Of a stretch of 64,000 nucleotides of DNA, positions 18,859-27,048 are shown piece after piece; within the stretch, counting starts at the first letter, position 1, and each line of letters starts with the position of its first letter. The stretch is taken from the NCBI GenBank assembly GCA_040386535.1, contig JAZKFH010000067.1:32001-96000 (forward strand), in the 5' to 3' direction. The notes under the pieces are model-generated. The model had not been told where the DNA came from. It saw only the letters and a program-made list of their open reading frames with translations, and made no database searches. The translations under genes and the position numbers were made by a program. Source of the DNA: Myxococcota bacterium (GTDB taxonomy: Bacteria > Myxococcota_A > UBA796 > SXON01).

Positions 18859-19557
18859 TCATAAGGACCCCGGTAGTCCCGCCTCTCGCCGCTTCCGCAG
18901 CCTCCCCTCCGCCTCCTCCACCACCCCCCACCCCCGCACGGCCGTCTTCCGATACCGCTCGATCATCCGTTCCTGCTCCTCGACCGGCTGCCCGTCGAAC
19001 AGCCCCCAGATCACGGACTCCTCCTCGAGCGGAAAGGTCCACCCGAGCTCCTGCGCATAGCGATGCGCACGCGCAAGCGTGCCCAACGCGTGCTTCCCGT
19101 TGACCAGAGGCTGGAGAAGCAGCACCTCGCGTCGGTCCACGGACGTGCAGGCCAGCGGATGGACGACCGCGCGCAGCCGCCCTCCTTCAAGCTCGACCCC
19201 GACGGCCGAGAGCGCCAGGTCGAAGCGCCCGAGGCGCCCCTCCAGCGTCGGGGGCTCGGCGTGGTCCGGCACCTCGATCTCCCGCCCGGCGAGGAAGAAG
19301 ACGTCGGCGTAGGCATGCCGATTGCCCCGCAGGGCGCCCCGGTCGAGCAGGCGCTGCACGAGCGCGGTCCGGTCGTCCGGCGTGGGTGACCAGAGGTCGA
19401 GATCCCGCGGCGGCCGGCCGTGGAGGAGCGTCTTGAACACTCCGCCCGCCAGGAACACCCGCCCGGGTAGATCCAGCCCGATGGTGGCCGTCAGCTCGGC
19501 TTCGGCAAAGGCCAGCACACGTGGCTCGGCCAGGGGGTGTGGGTCGGTCAAGGCCAT
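18859..19557 (-). CDS. Pol-beta superfamily nucleotidyltransferase-like protein (CCA/poly(A) polymerase head-like)
   Basis: VFLAGGVFKTLLHGRPPRDLDLW and later RFDLALSAVG; ATG overlaps the upstream gene end. Confidence 0.65.
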   Translation of the reverse strand: MALTDPHPLAEPRVLAFAEAELTATIGLDLPGRVFLAGGVFKTLLHGRPPRDLDLWSPTPDDRTALVQRLLDRGALRGNRHAYADVFFLAGREIEVPDHAEPPTLEGRLGRFDLALSAVGVELEGGRLRAVVHPLACTSVDRREVLLLQPLVNGKHALGTLARAHRYAQELGWTFPLEEESVIWGLFDGQPVEEQERMIERYRKTAVRGWGVVEEAEGRLRKRREAGLPGSL

Positions 19558-20192
19558 GGCATCACCCGGGTGTGGCCCCGCCACGTGAACGCGAGCGTGC
19601 CGTCGGCGGGGACCACGGCGAGCGCTTCAAGGAACGTCGGCCATGCCGACGGGGGGAAGAGGCCGCCGATCGTGTGCGCGAGGGTGGCGGTCAGGAGCGA
19701 GTCGTGGGTCACGAACACGTGCGCGCCGGGGCGATCCGCCGCGACGGTGACCATGTGGGTGACGAGGGCATGCGCGGCCTCGTGAGGGACGGCGAACCCG
19801 GGCAGCCGCTCGCCCGCGACGAGCGCAGCCATCACGCCCTCGTGGCCGAGACGGATCCAACTCTCCCAGGCGACGGGCGGGTCGAGCACGAAGGCGCCCG
19901 GGGCGCCGAGGCGGGGGTCCATCGTGACCTCCCGCACGTACGCAGCCCGGTCGGCGAGCGCTTCGGCGGTCTGGATGCAGCGCGGGACGGGGCTGCTCCG
20001 CAGGGTGACGACCCGCCCGCGCAGGCACTCCCCGAGCGCACGAGCGGACGCGACGCCCTCCGGCAGCAGCGGAACACCGTCGCCGGTCGTGTTCGCCAGG
20101 ATCGGGCCGCGGGCGGCGTGCCGCAGCAGGAGGAGCAAGGGCCGCTCCGGGTCCATACGCTCCAGGAGCGCCCGCGTGGAGGCGGGCGGCAC
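19548..20192 (-). CDS. histidine phosphatase family protein
   Basis: LLLRHA, SSPVPRCIQTA, FVTHD. Confidence 0.9.
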   Translation of the reverse strand: MPPASTRALLERMDPERPLLLLLRHAARGPILANTTGDGVPLLPEGVASARALGECLRGRVVTLRSSPVPRCIQTAEALADRAAYVREVTMDPRLGAPGAFVLDPPVAWESWIRLGHEGVMAALVAGERLPGFAVPHEAAHALVTHMVTVAADRPGAHVFVTHDSLLTATLAHTIGGLFPPSAWPTFLEALAVVPADGTLAFTWRGHTRVMPWP

Positions 20193-22780
20193 TACACCCC
20201 CTCCGCGACGAGCACGCTGCTGACCGAGGGGAGCGGACGCACCTCCCGGAGCGCGAACCCCGTGCGCGCCAGGAGCGCGCGGAACATCGCCTCCGTGCGC
20301 TCACTGCCGCCGGTCGCGAGCAACATGTGCAGGTCCAGCAGCGCACCGTCGAACCCCTCGGCAGGGCGCACCATCTCAACGATGTAGAGGCGGCCGCCGG
20401 GCAGGAGCGCGGCGCGGGCCCGACGAAGGATCGCGGCGGCGGCGGCGTCGTTCCAGTCGTGGAGCACGCGGGCGAGCACGAGGGCGTCCGCCCGGAGCTC
20501 CCACGGTTCGAACAGGTCTCCGGCGACGAACGTGAGCCGCCCTTCCAGGTCCGCGGGGGGCGCCGCCGCCGAGGCGACGACCTCGGGTCGATCGAGCACG
20601 AACGCCCTGAGCGCGGGGGCGGCCCGCAGGACGGCCAGGGCGAGCGCGCCGTGCCCCCCGCCGGCGTCGACGAGGACGTGGTGTCCGGGGTCGAGCACGG
20701 CGGGCAGCCCGGCGTAGTCGTGCCGGGCGTAGGGGGCCATCGCGGCGTGGTAGGCGCGCACGCGGTCGGCGTCGGCTGCCTGGGCGGCGAAGGGGTCCGC
20801 GGGTCGCCACGCGGGGTCGGCGAGCGCCTGGGGCAGCGCGGCCCATGCGGCGCGCCCATCCTGCGCCCAGTACCGCGCCGCGGCGCCCAGGGAGAGCGGG
20901 TGATCCGCCCGCATGAGGGCCCCCCGCTCCGTGGCGATCCAGGCGCCGTCGCGTCGTGCCACGAATCCCATCTCTCCAAGCGCCGCGAGGAGACGCCGAC
21001 GGGGTTCACCCCCCACCTCGGCGTCCGTCAGGGGGAGCGCGTCGAAGAGGCCGAGCCCGACGGCGGCGGAGAGGGTGTCGGCGCGCCAAGTCACGAGGTC
21101 CGCGGAGACGGCGGAGAACGCGGCGGGGGCCGCCACCCCCTCGGCCACCGCCTCCACCCCACCTCCGTGCCACAGCCGATCCACGCCCATGGCCGCCGCG
21201 GCCTCCCGCGCCTGCGCGAGGGTCTGCACGAGCGGCTCGCCGCGCCGGTTGAACGAGGTGTTCACGAGACACGGGATGTGGTGGCGCGCCCAGAGCGCTT
21301 CGAGGAGCCGACGGATCGGCGCCAGCGCGGGCCCGTGTCCGACGACCTGGACCCGCGCGGTGCCATCCACGTGGACGACCCCGGGCGCCTCCGCGAGGGC
21401 CTCGGGACGCGCCCGAAACCGACCCAACATCCACGGGGCCAGCTGGCTCCGTGACGGGGAGCCCTCGAAGAGCGCATCCGCGCGCTCGGCGAGGACGATC
21501 GGCGCGACGGGCCGCCAGGGCTCGCGGCCCTTCCGCTCGACGCTCACCCGACGCGCGTCCTCCACGGTCGGCCGGGCCAGCAGGGAGCGCCGTCCGAGCG
21601 CCCTCGGCCCGACCTCCGCCGCGCCGAGGCAGGTGCCGACGATCTCCCCTCTGGCGAGGGCGTCGGCGAGCGCGGCGATCTCGGCGTCGGAGGCGTGGCC
21701 GAGCGCGGGGGCGTCGAGGTCGTCGAGGAACGGGGCGTGCCGATTAAGAGCGTCGCCACGCAGGAACGCGACGAGCGCCGCAGCGCCGAGCGCGAGGCCG
21801 TCATCTCCCGCGCACGGAGGGACGAGAACGTCGTCGAACCACCCCGCGTCCACGATGCGCTGGTTGGTCGGGAGGTTGAGGGCGCCCCCGCCCGACAGTA
21901 CGAGGTGACGCGCCCCCGTCGCCACCGCAAAGCGCTCGACATAGGCGAGCACTTCCTCCTCGAAGCGCGCCTGGAAACATGCCGCCACCGTGTGGAGGAG
22001 CGGATCCATCGGATCGAGCCGACCCGTCCACCCGCGCTCGCGGCGGGCGGCGTCCTCGAACGCAGCGGGGCCCAGGCGCATCCGCGCGAACCATCCGTGA
22101 GTGTCGAGCCACGAGCGGACCTCGGGATCCGGCGTACCCCACGCCGCCAGCCCCATGAGCTTTCCGGGTACGTCGAGGAACTCCCGCCACGTGTGACCGA
22201 CCATCGCCTGGGCGAGGTTGTTTGTCGCGTAGCCCGCGACCGCGTCGGCGAGGTCCCAGCCGTGGTGCAGGGGGACGAGCCTCCCGTCGATCCAGCGCCA
22301 CGCGGAGCAGCACGAGCGGCTCGCGGCCCCGTCGACGTGGATCAGCAACGTCCCGTCCTCCCACCCGCCCGAAAAAGGCAGGGAGGCGCCGAGGTGGGCC
22401 AGCTCGTGCGGGACGATCCACGCTTCCATCTCGCGGCCATCGACGTGAGAACGCGCGCGCACGGGCCCGGTCGCAAGATCGGTGGCCGGGGCCGCCTCGA
22501 CGCGCCAGCGGCCGCCTGAGGAGACGAACGCCCGGCCGACGAAGCTGTCCGCGCAGGCCAGGACGGCCTCCTCGCCGCGGGAGAGGAAGCCTCGGGGCGC
22601 CAGCGCCTCGATGTGCACGTGCAGGCGGTTGTCGTGCCGGCGGCGCGTGTACCGTTCGAGCGCGAGGTGATGGACGACGCGCCCCCCTTCGAGGCGGCAG
22701 ATCGCGTGGTCGTGGGTTTCGAGCGGCGAGGGACCGTCCTGCCGTTCCTGGATGCCGTAGAGGCCGACGATGGGGGTCAC
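20192..22780 (-). CDS. carbamoyltransferase (NodU/CmcH/TobZ family) fused to a SAM-dependent O-methyltransferase
   Basis: LERYTRRRHD, HELAH, GKLMGLAAWG, SGGGALN, GDDGLALGAA, GPRALGRRS, KGREPWRP, HVDGTARVQ, NTSFN..GEP; then DAGGGHG, GDLF, RVLHDWND; GTG start overlaps the upstream TGA. Confidence 0.9.
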   Translation of the reverse strand: MTPIVGLYGIQERQDGPSPLETHDHAICRLEGGRVVHHLALERYTRRRHDNRLHVHIEALAPRGFLSRGEEAVLACADSFVGRAFVSSGGRWRVEAAPATDLATGPVRARSHVDGREMEAWIVPHELAHLGASLPFSGGWEDGTLLIHVDGAASRSCCSAWRWIDGRLVPLHHGWDLADAVAGYATNNLAQAMVGHTWREFLDVPGKLMGLAAWGTPDPEVRSWLDTHGWFARMRLGPAAFEDAARRERGWTGRLDPMDPLLHTVAACFQARFEEEVLAYVERFAVATGARHLVLSGGGALNLPTNQRIVDAGWFDDVLVPPCAGDDGLALGAAALVAFLRGDALNRHAPFLDDLDAPALGHASDAEIAALADALARGEIVGTCLGAAEVGPRALGRRSLLARPTVEDARRVSVERKGREPWRPVAPIVLAERADALFEGSPSRSQLAPWMLGRFRARPEALAEAPGVVHVDGTARVQVVGHGPALAPIRRLLEALWARHHIPCLVNTSFNRRGEPLVQTLAQAREAAAAMGVDRLWHGGGVEAVAEGVAAPAAFSAVSADLVTWRADTLSAAVGLGLFDALPLTDAEVGGEPRRRLLAALGEMGFVARRDGAWIATERGALMRADHPLSLGAAARYWAQDGRAAWAALPQALADPAWRPADPFAAQAADADRVRAYHAAMAPYARHDYAGLPAVLDPGHHVLVDAGGGHGALALAVLRAAPALRAFVLDRPEVVASAAAPPADLEGRLTFVAGDLFEPWELRADALVLARVLHDWNDAAAAAILRRARAALLPGGRLYIVEMVRPAEGFDGALLDLHMLLATGGSERTEAMFRALLARTGFALREVRPLPSVSSVLVAEGV

Positions 22781-23760
22781 GTCGCCCTCCGCCACGCCGC
22801 GCGCCAGGTGCTCGTGCGCCACGCCGGCGCCTCCAGCAGGTACGGGCGTCTCCAGCCGCCCCACGGCGCGCGCTCGCGTGGCGGCGCCACTCCGGCGATC
22901 CGTCCGATCCATCGCCGCGCCTCGGCCCGCTCCCCACGCACGAGGTGCAGCCGCACGAGGTCCGCGCCCGCCTCGGCGCGCATGCCGTCGCCGAGCGTCC
23001 CCTCCACCAGGTGGCGGATCGCCTCGGCCGTCTCCCCCGTCGCCGCGAGCGCGAGCCCGAGCAGACGATGGGACTCGCCCCGGTGGAAGCGGTAGTCGGT
23101 CGGGCCGGCGAGGTACGCACGCAACGCGGGGAGGCTCTCCCCGACGCGGCCCTCCTCCCACGCGCTCCGGGCCCGGTAGTACAGGAGGTGCGGATCGCCC
23201 GGCGTGCGCGCGAGGTGGCGGGCCGCAAGGTCCGCGTAGCCCCGGGCCCGCTCGGCCGGACGGTGCAGGAACACCGCCCCGCTCGCTGCGATCGCGCGCC
23301 GACGCTCTCCCACCGGCACGAGCCGCTCGTGGAGCGGGCTCACCCAACGGAAACGGTCGGCGCGGAAGAGGCGCGGGAACCAATGTTGGTTCGTCGGGCT
23401 GTAACGACGTCGGACGTAAACGATGTCGGCCTCTTCGCGCTCTGCCCGCTGGATGGTCCACGCGAGCCACTCCTGCGGACGGCCGCGGGCCACATGCAGC
23501 CGCTCGTCGGCGTCGAGGCGCAGAATCCAATCATACCGGGCGTGCCGTTGCGCCACGGAGCGGGCGACGGCGAAGTCTCCGACCCACGGCACCTCGAACA
23601 CGCGCGCGCCCACCGCGGCGGCGAGGTCGAGGGTGCCATCTCCGGAGCCCGTGTCACACACCACCAGGTCGGACATGGCGCCGAGGCTGGCGAGCGCGCC
23701 GGGGAGCCGGCACGCTTCGTCACGGACGATCATCACGACACTGAGCGGGAGCTTCAGCAC
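22777..23760 (-). CDS. GT2 glycosyltransferase with TPR-like C-terminus
   Basis: LSVVMIVRDE, DTGSGDGT, DFAVARS, WILRLDADE, LHER; C-terminal helical repeats. Confidence 0.9.
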   Translation of the reverse strand: MLKLPLSVVMIVRDEACRLPGALASLGAMSDLVVCDTGSGDGTLDLAAAVGARVFEVPWVGDFAVARSVAQRHARYDWILRLDADERLHVARGRPQEWLAWTIQRAEREEADIVYVRRRYSPTNQHWFPRLFRADRFRWVSPLHERLVPVGERRRAIAASGAVFLHRPAERARGYADLAARHLARTPGDPHLLYYRARSAWEEGRVGESLPALRAYLAGPTDYRFHRGESHRLLGLALAATGETAEAIRHLVEGTLGDGMRAEAGADLVRLHLVRGERAEARRWIGRIAGVAPPRERAPWGGWRRPYLLEAPAWRTSTWRAAWRRAT

Positions 23761-24569
23761 GGCACGCCCCGGATCCGCACCCAGAGCGGCACCTCCATCG
23801 TCTTCTCGTGCCACACCCCGTGCTCCCAGAGGCCGTCCTCCCCCCAGCAGTCGCCGTGGTCGGCACACGCCAGGATCGTCGCCCCGCCGAAGGCGGCCAG
23901 CAGGGAGCCCAGTGCCGCGTCGGACCACGCAAGGCAGGCGGACTGGCGCGTGCGGCAGGTCGCCGCGTCGTTCCGCTCCCCAAACGGCACACAGGGGTTG
24001 TCCCGGGGGCTCCACGTCGCGCCGGGATGCCAATAGGGCACGTGGGTCTCCCCGACGTTCACGAACACGAACGCAGGCCGGTCCTCGACCGCGTCGAGCT
24101 GCGCCTCCAACCACGCGAGCTGCGCCGGCAGCGCCCCGGGCCCGCGCACGTGGTGGAAGATGTCGAAGTCCGCCACGAGCCCGCGGCCGGGCTCGGTGTC
24201 CGTGTCGAACCAGGCCACGGATCCCGTGCCGATCACCGCGTGGCCGCGGCGCCGGAAGCCCTCCAGGATCGTGCGGCCTTCCAACACGAACACGTCGCCC
24301 GGCTGCGCGGGCGCCCTGGCGTTGGCGAGGCGGAACAGCCGCCCCGCCTTGGGGTTGAGCACCGGCTGCGTCGTCTCGGCGATGCCGGGCGTGGTCCCGA
24401 CCCACATCGAGGCGTGCGACGCGAAGGTGAAGTGCCCGGGCGCCATGGCCCGCCGCAGCGGCCCGATCGCGGCGAGGTGTGGCGTGGGCGTCGCCGCCGC
24501 CGTGTCGTACCGGCAGGAGTCGAGCGTGAGGAGCAGAACCGACTCGGGGTGCGCAGGCCGGAACGTCAT
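23754..24569 (-). CDS. sulfatase/alkaline phosphatase superfamily hydrolase or transferase
   Basis: LLLTLDSCRYD, FTFASH, NVGETHVPY, ADHGDCWGEDG..HG. Confidence 0.85.
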   Translation of the reverse strand: MTFRPAHPESVLLLTLDSCRYDTAAATPTPHLAAIGPLRRAMAPGHFTFASHASMWVGTTPGIAETTQPVLNPKAGRLFRLANARAPAQPGDVFVLEGRTILEGFRRRGHAVIGTGSVAWFDTDTEPGRGLVADFDIFHHVRGPGALPAQLAWLEAQLDAVEDRPAFVFVNVGETHVPYWHPGATWSPRDNPCVPFGERNDAATCRTRQSACLAWSDAALGSLLAAFGGATILACADHGDCWGEDGLWEHGVWHEKTMEVPLWVRIRGVPC

Positions 24570-25789
24570 GGGAGGAGCCGGGCGCGGGCGCGCGTGAGGG
24601 TGGTCTCGGGGAGGGCGGTGTCCGCAACCAAGCGTGCCAGGCCGTAGGTCTCGGCCGCGGCGAGCGCGCCGGCGAGGCGCCGGACGTCGACCAACTGGCC
24701 GGAGGCGAGGTAGTCGGCCTCGATGCGGGCGCGCGGCACGCCGAGCCAGGTGCCGAGCAACGCCACGAGGACGCCGGTGCGATCCACCCCCGCGTGGCAA
24801 TGGATCAGCACGGGGCCTTCGTCCGCGGCGATGGCTTCCAGGAGCGCGCCGAGCGCGGGTGCGCTTCGCGACACGATGTGGACGTAGGCCGCGTCGAGCC
24901 CTCCGGACTCCGCCACGCCCTGGGGGTTGGCGAGGTCGAGCGGGCAGGCGGCGCAGCCGGCCACGTCGTCGGGGTAGGGCACCGCGGCGCGCTCGGTTGG
25001 CCCTCGCAGGTCGACGAAGCGGCTCAGGGCGTTCGTCTCCGCCCATCCCCAGAAGCCTTCGTCCGAATACGCCATCGGCGAGCGCCCGCGCAACAGCACG
25101 CCCGGGCGCACGTGGGGTGCCCACCACGTGGCGACGTCCCGGAGATTCCAGAAGCGGTCGGCCTCGAGCGCAGGGGCCAGCCGCTCGATCTCCACCGAGA
25201 GGGCGGTCGCCGCCGGCGTTCCCAACCAATCGGCGGCCTCCCGCGCGAACACAAGGAGCCGCCGCAGGTCGCCGAGGCTGTCACGCAAGTTCAGGCCCGC
25301 GCGGAGGCCGGCGAGCGTTTCCCGGAGCGGGCGGGGCAGGCGAGCGCGGATCGGGGGGAACGTCTCTCCGGGCATCGGCGCTCCACCCGTAGCGGCCCAG
25401 AGGTACCGCATCAGCGCAGCGATCGCGTCGTTCGTCCCCTGCCAACACGCGATCGAGTGGCCTGCCCGCCGGGCGTGTACCGCGCGATCGAAAGCTTCGG
25501 CGAACGCCGCGACGAACGCGGTGGGGCCGTCGTTACCGTCGATGCCGGGAACCTCGATCTCGATCCGCTCTCCCGCGTGCGTACGGACGAGGAGGAAGCC
25601 GGGGTGCACGGTGCACCGACACCCCGCCTCCGTGAGGCGGGCGCTGATGTCGAGAGCGTCCCCCGTCGCCCGGATCCGCGCCCAACCCAGCGGCTTCCCG
25701 TGCAACCCTTCGTCGCGAAGAGGGAGCCGCTCGTGTGGCCCCACGCGATCGCCGATCAACATATCCAATCCATGTGGAAGCAGGGTCAT
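24566..25789 (-). CDS. uncharacterised N-terminal domain + tyrosine-phosphatase-family domain
   Basis: NLRDV, VDLRGPTE, PVLIHCHAGVDRTG (CX5R), IEADYLAS. Confidence 0.85.
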   Translation of the reverse strand: MTLLPHGLDMLIGDRVGPHERLPLRDEGLHGKPLGWARIRATGDALDISARLTEAGCRCTVHPGFLLVRTHAGERIEIEVPGIDGNDGPTAFVAAFAEAFDRAVHARRAGHSIACWQGTNDAIAALMRYLWAATGGAPMPGETFPPIRARLPRPLRETLAGLRAGLNLRDSLGDLRRLLVFAREAADWLGTPAATALSVEIERLAPALEADRFWNLRDVATWWAPHVRPGVLLRGRSPMAYSDEGFWGWAETNALSRFVDLRGPTERAAVPYPDDVAGCAACPLDLANPQGVAESGGLDAAYVHIVSRSAPALGALLEAIAADEGPVLIHCHAGVDRTGVLVALLGTWLGVPRARIEADYLASGQLVDVRRLAGALAAAETYGLARLVADTALPETTLTRARARLLP

Positions 25790-27048
25790 TCGGTACCTCC
25801 GAGCGCCGACCAGGCGCCCACCAATGTGTCGACCAACGTTTCGACGGGCAGGGTTCCGTCCAGGCGCAACCCGCGCCACCCCGGCTGGATCTCCCAGAAC
25901 CCGGCGTCAAAGTCCGCCCGGAGCTTGGCCTCCATCCGGTCGTCGAAGGCCCCGGGCGCGATCCCCCAATCCGGGAGCGGCACCGTCGACGTCCTCCGTG
26001 CGAGCCGCTCGGCGCGCACGCCGCCCGGCGTGTCGATCCACACGGTGAGGAGGGTGTCACCGGCTTCGCGGAGGGCCTGCCGGACCGCCACGCGGTGATA
26101 CCCCGCCGCCGAGAATTCGTAGATCGCGGCATTCGGGGCATGGCAGGCGCGGAGGAAGGCGCTGCGCGCGAGGTAGTCGCCCGCCACGGTGCCGTCCGCG
26201 AGGGCGTTCCGGAAGGTGTCGAGCCGGTGGACGGGCACCCCCAGGCGCGCGACGAGGGCGTCACCAACGGTGGTCTTGCCCGCGCCAGGCAGCCCAACCA
26301 GCAGGAGCTTGCGGTAGCGGACCGTGCCATCGCGTCTGTCCGAGCCGCCACGCAACTCCACGATCGTCTCGCCGCGCTCGTCCACCACCTCCAGCCCCCC
26401 ATCGGCACGCTCAACGCGCGCCTGGCCGTTATAGAACGGCTCCACCATCGCGAAGCGACGGCGGTAGGTGGACGCCCCCGTACCGTCGATGTGCGCCCAG
26501 CCGGCCTCGTCCCTCGCCCGGGCGTACCCCTTGTGGAACACGTCCAGATCGAGGAACCAACGTCCGTGGACCAGGGCTCCCGCCGCGTCCACGTGGGTCG
26601 AGCGGCCGTCGTCCCCCATGACGACTGCGACGCCGTCCTTGAAGTCGCCAGCGTACCGCCACGCGCGCCCGACGCTGTCACCCTGCGCGTCGAGGTGGTG
26701 GTACCGCCCGTGTGCATCGCGCACCGTCACGCGACACTCCTGCACGTTCCCACACCACGCCCAACGCCGGTGATAGGCGGGCGCTCCGTCGGGTCGGACG
26801 TGGAACCACCCGTCGTCCCCCTCCACGGCCGCCAGGCCCTCGTAGAAGCCGAACGCCCTCTTAAAGCGCGCCACGTAGACCGGAATCCCGTTCGGATCGA
26901 TGTGGAACGCGCCAGACTCGTTCAGGGCGGGCGCGAGCCCAGGCGCGTGGAACTTGCCGACGGCGTGGTAACGAGCCGTGTACGCCGGCTGCCCGTCCCG
27001 GCGATGGTGGGTGCCATCCGGTGCCGCGGAGGGCCACGCGCCGGTCAC
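25786..27048 (-). CDS. WG-repeat protein fused to a P-loop nucleotide kinase
   Basis: Repeats FYEGLAAV..GWFHV, FKDGVAVV, FHKGYARARDEAGWAHID, FYNGQARV; C-terminal LLLVGLPGAGKTT...RAERLARR. Confidence 0.8.
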   Translation of the reverse strand: MTGAWPSAAPDGTHHRRDGQPAYTARYHAVGKFHAPGLAPALNESGAFHIDPNGIPVYVARFKRAFGFYEGLAAVEGDDGWFHVRPDGAPAYHRRWAWCGNVQECRVTVRDAHGRYHHLDAQGDSVGRAWRYAGDFKDGVAVVMGDDGRSTHVDAAGALVHGRWFLDLDVFHKGYARARDEAGWAHIDGTGASTYRRRFAMVEPFYNGQARVERADGGLEVVDERGETIVELRGGSDRRDGTVRYRKLLLVGLPGAGKTTVGDALVARLGVPVHRLDTFRNALADGTVAGDYLARSAFLRACHAPNAAIYEFSAAGYHRVAVRQALREAGDTLLTVWIDTPGGVRAERLARRTSTVPLPDWGIAPGAFDDRMEAKLRADFDAGFWEIQPGWRGLRLDGTLPVETLVDTLVGAWSALGGTE

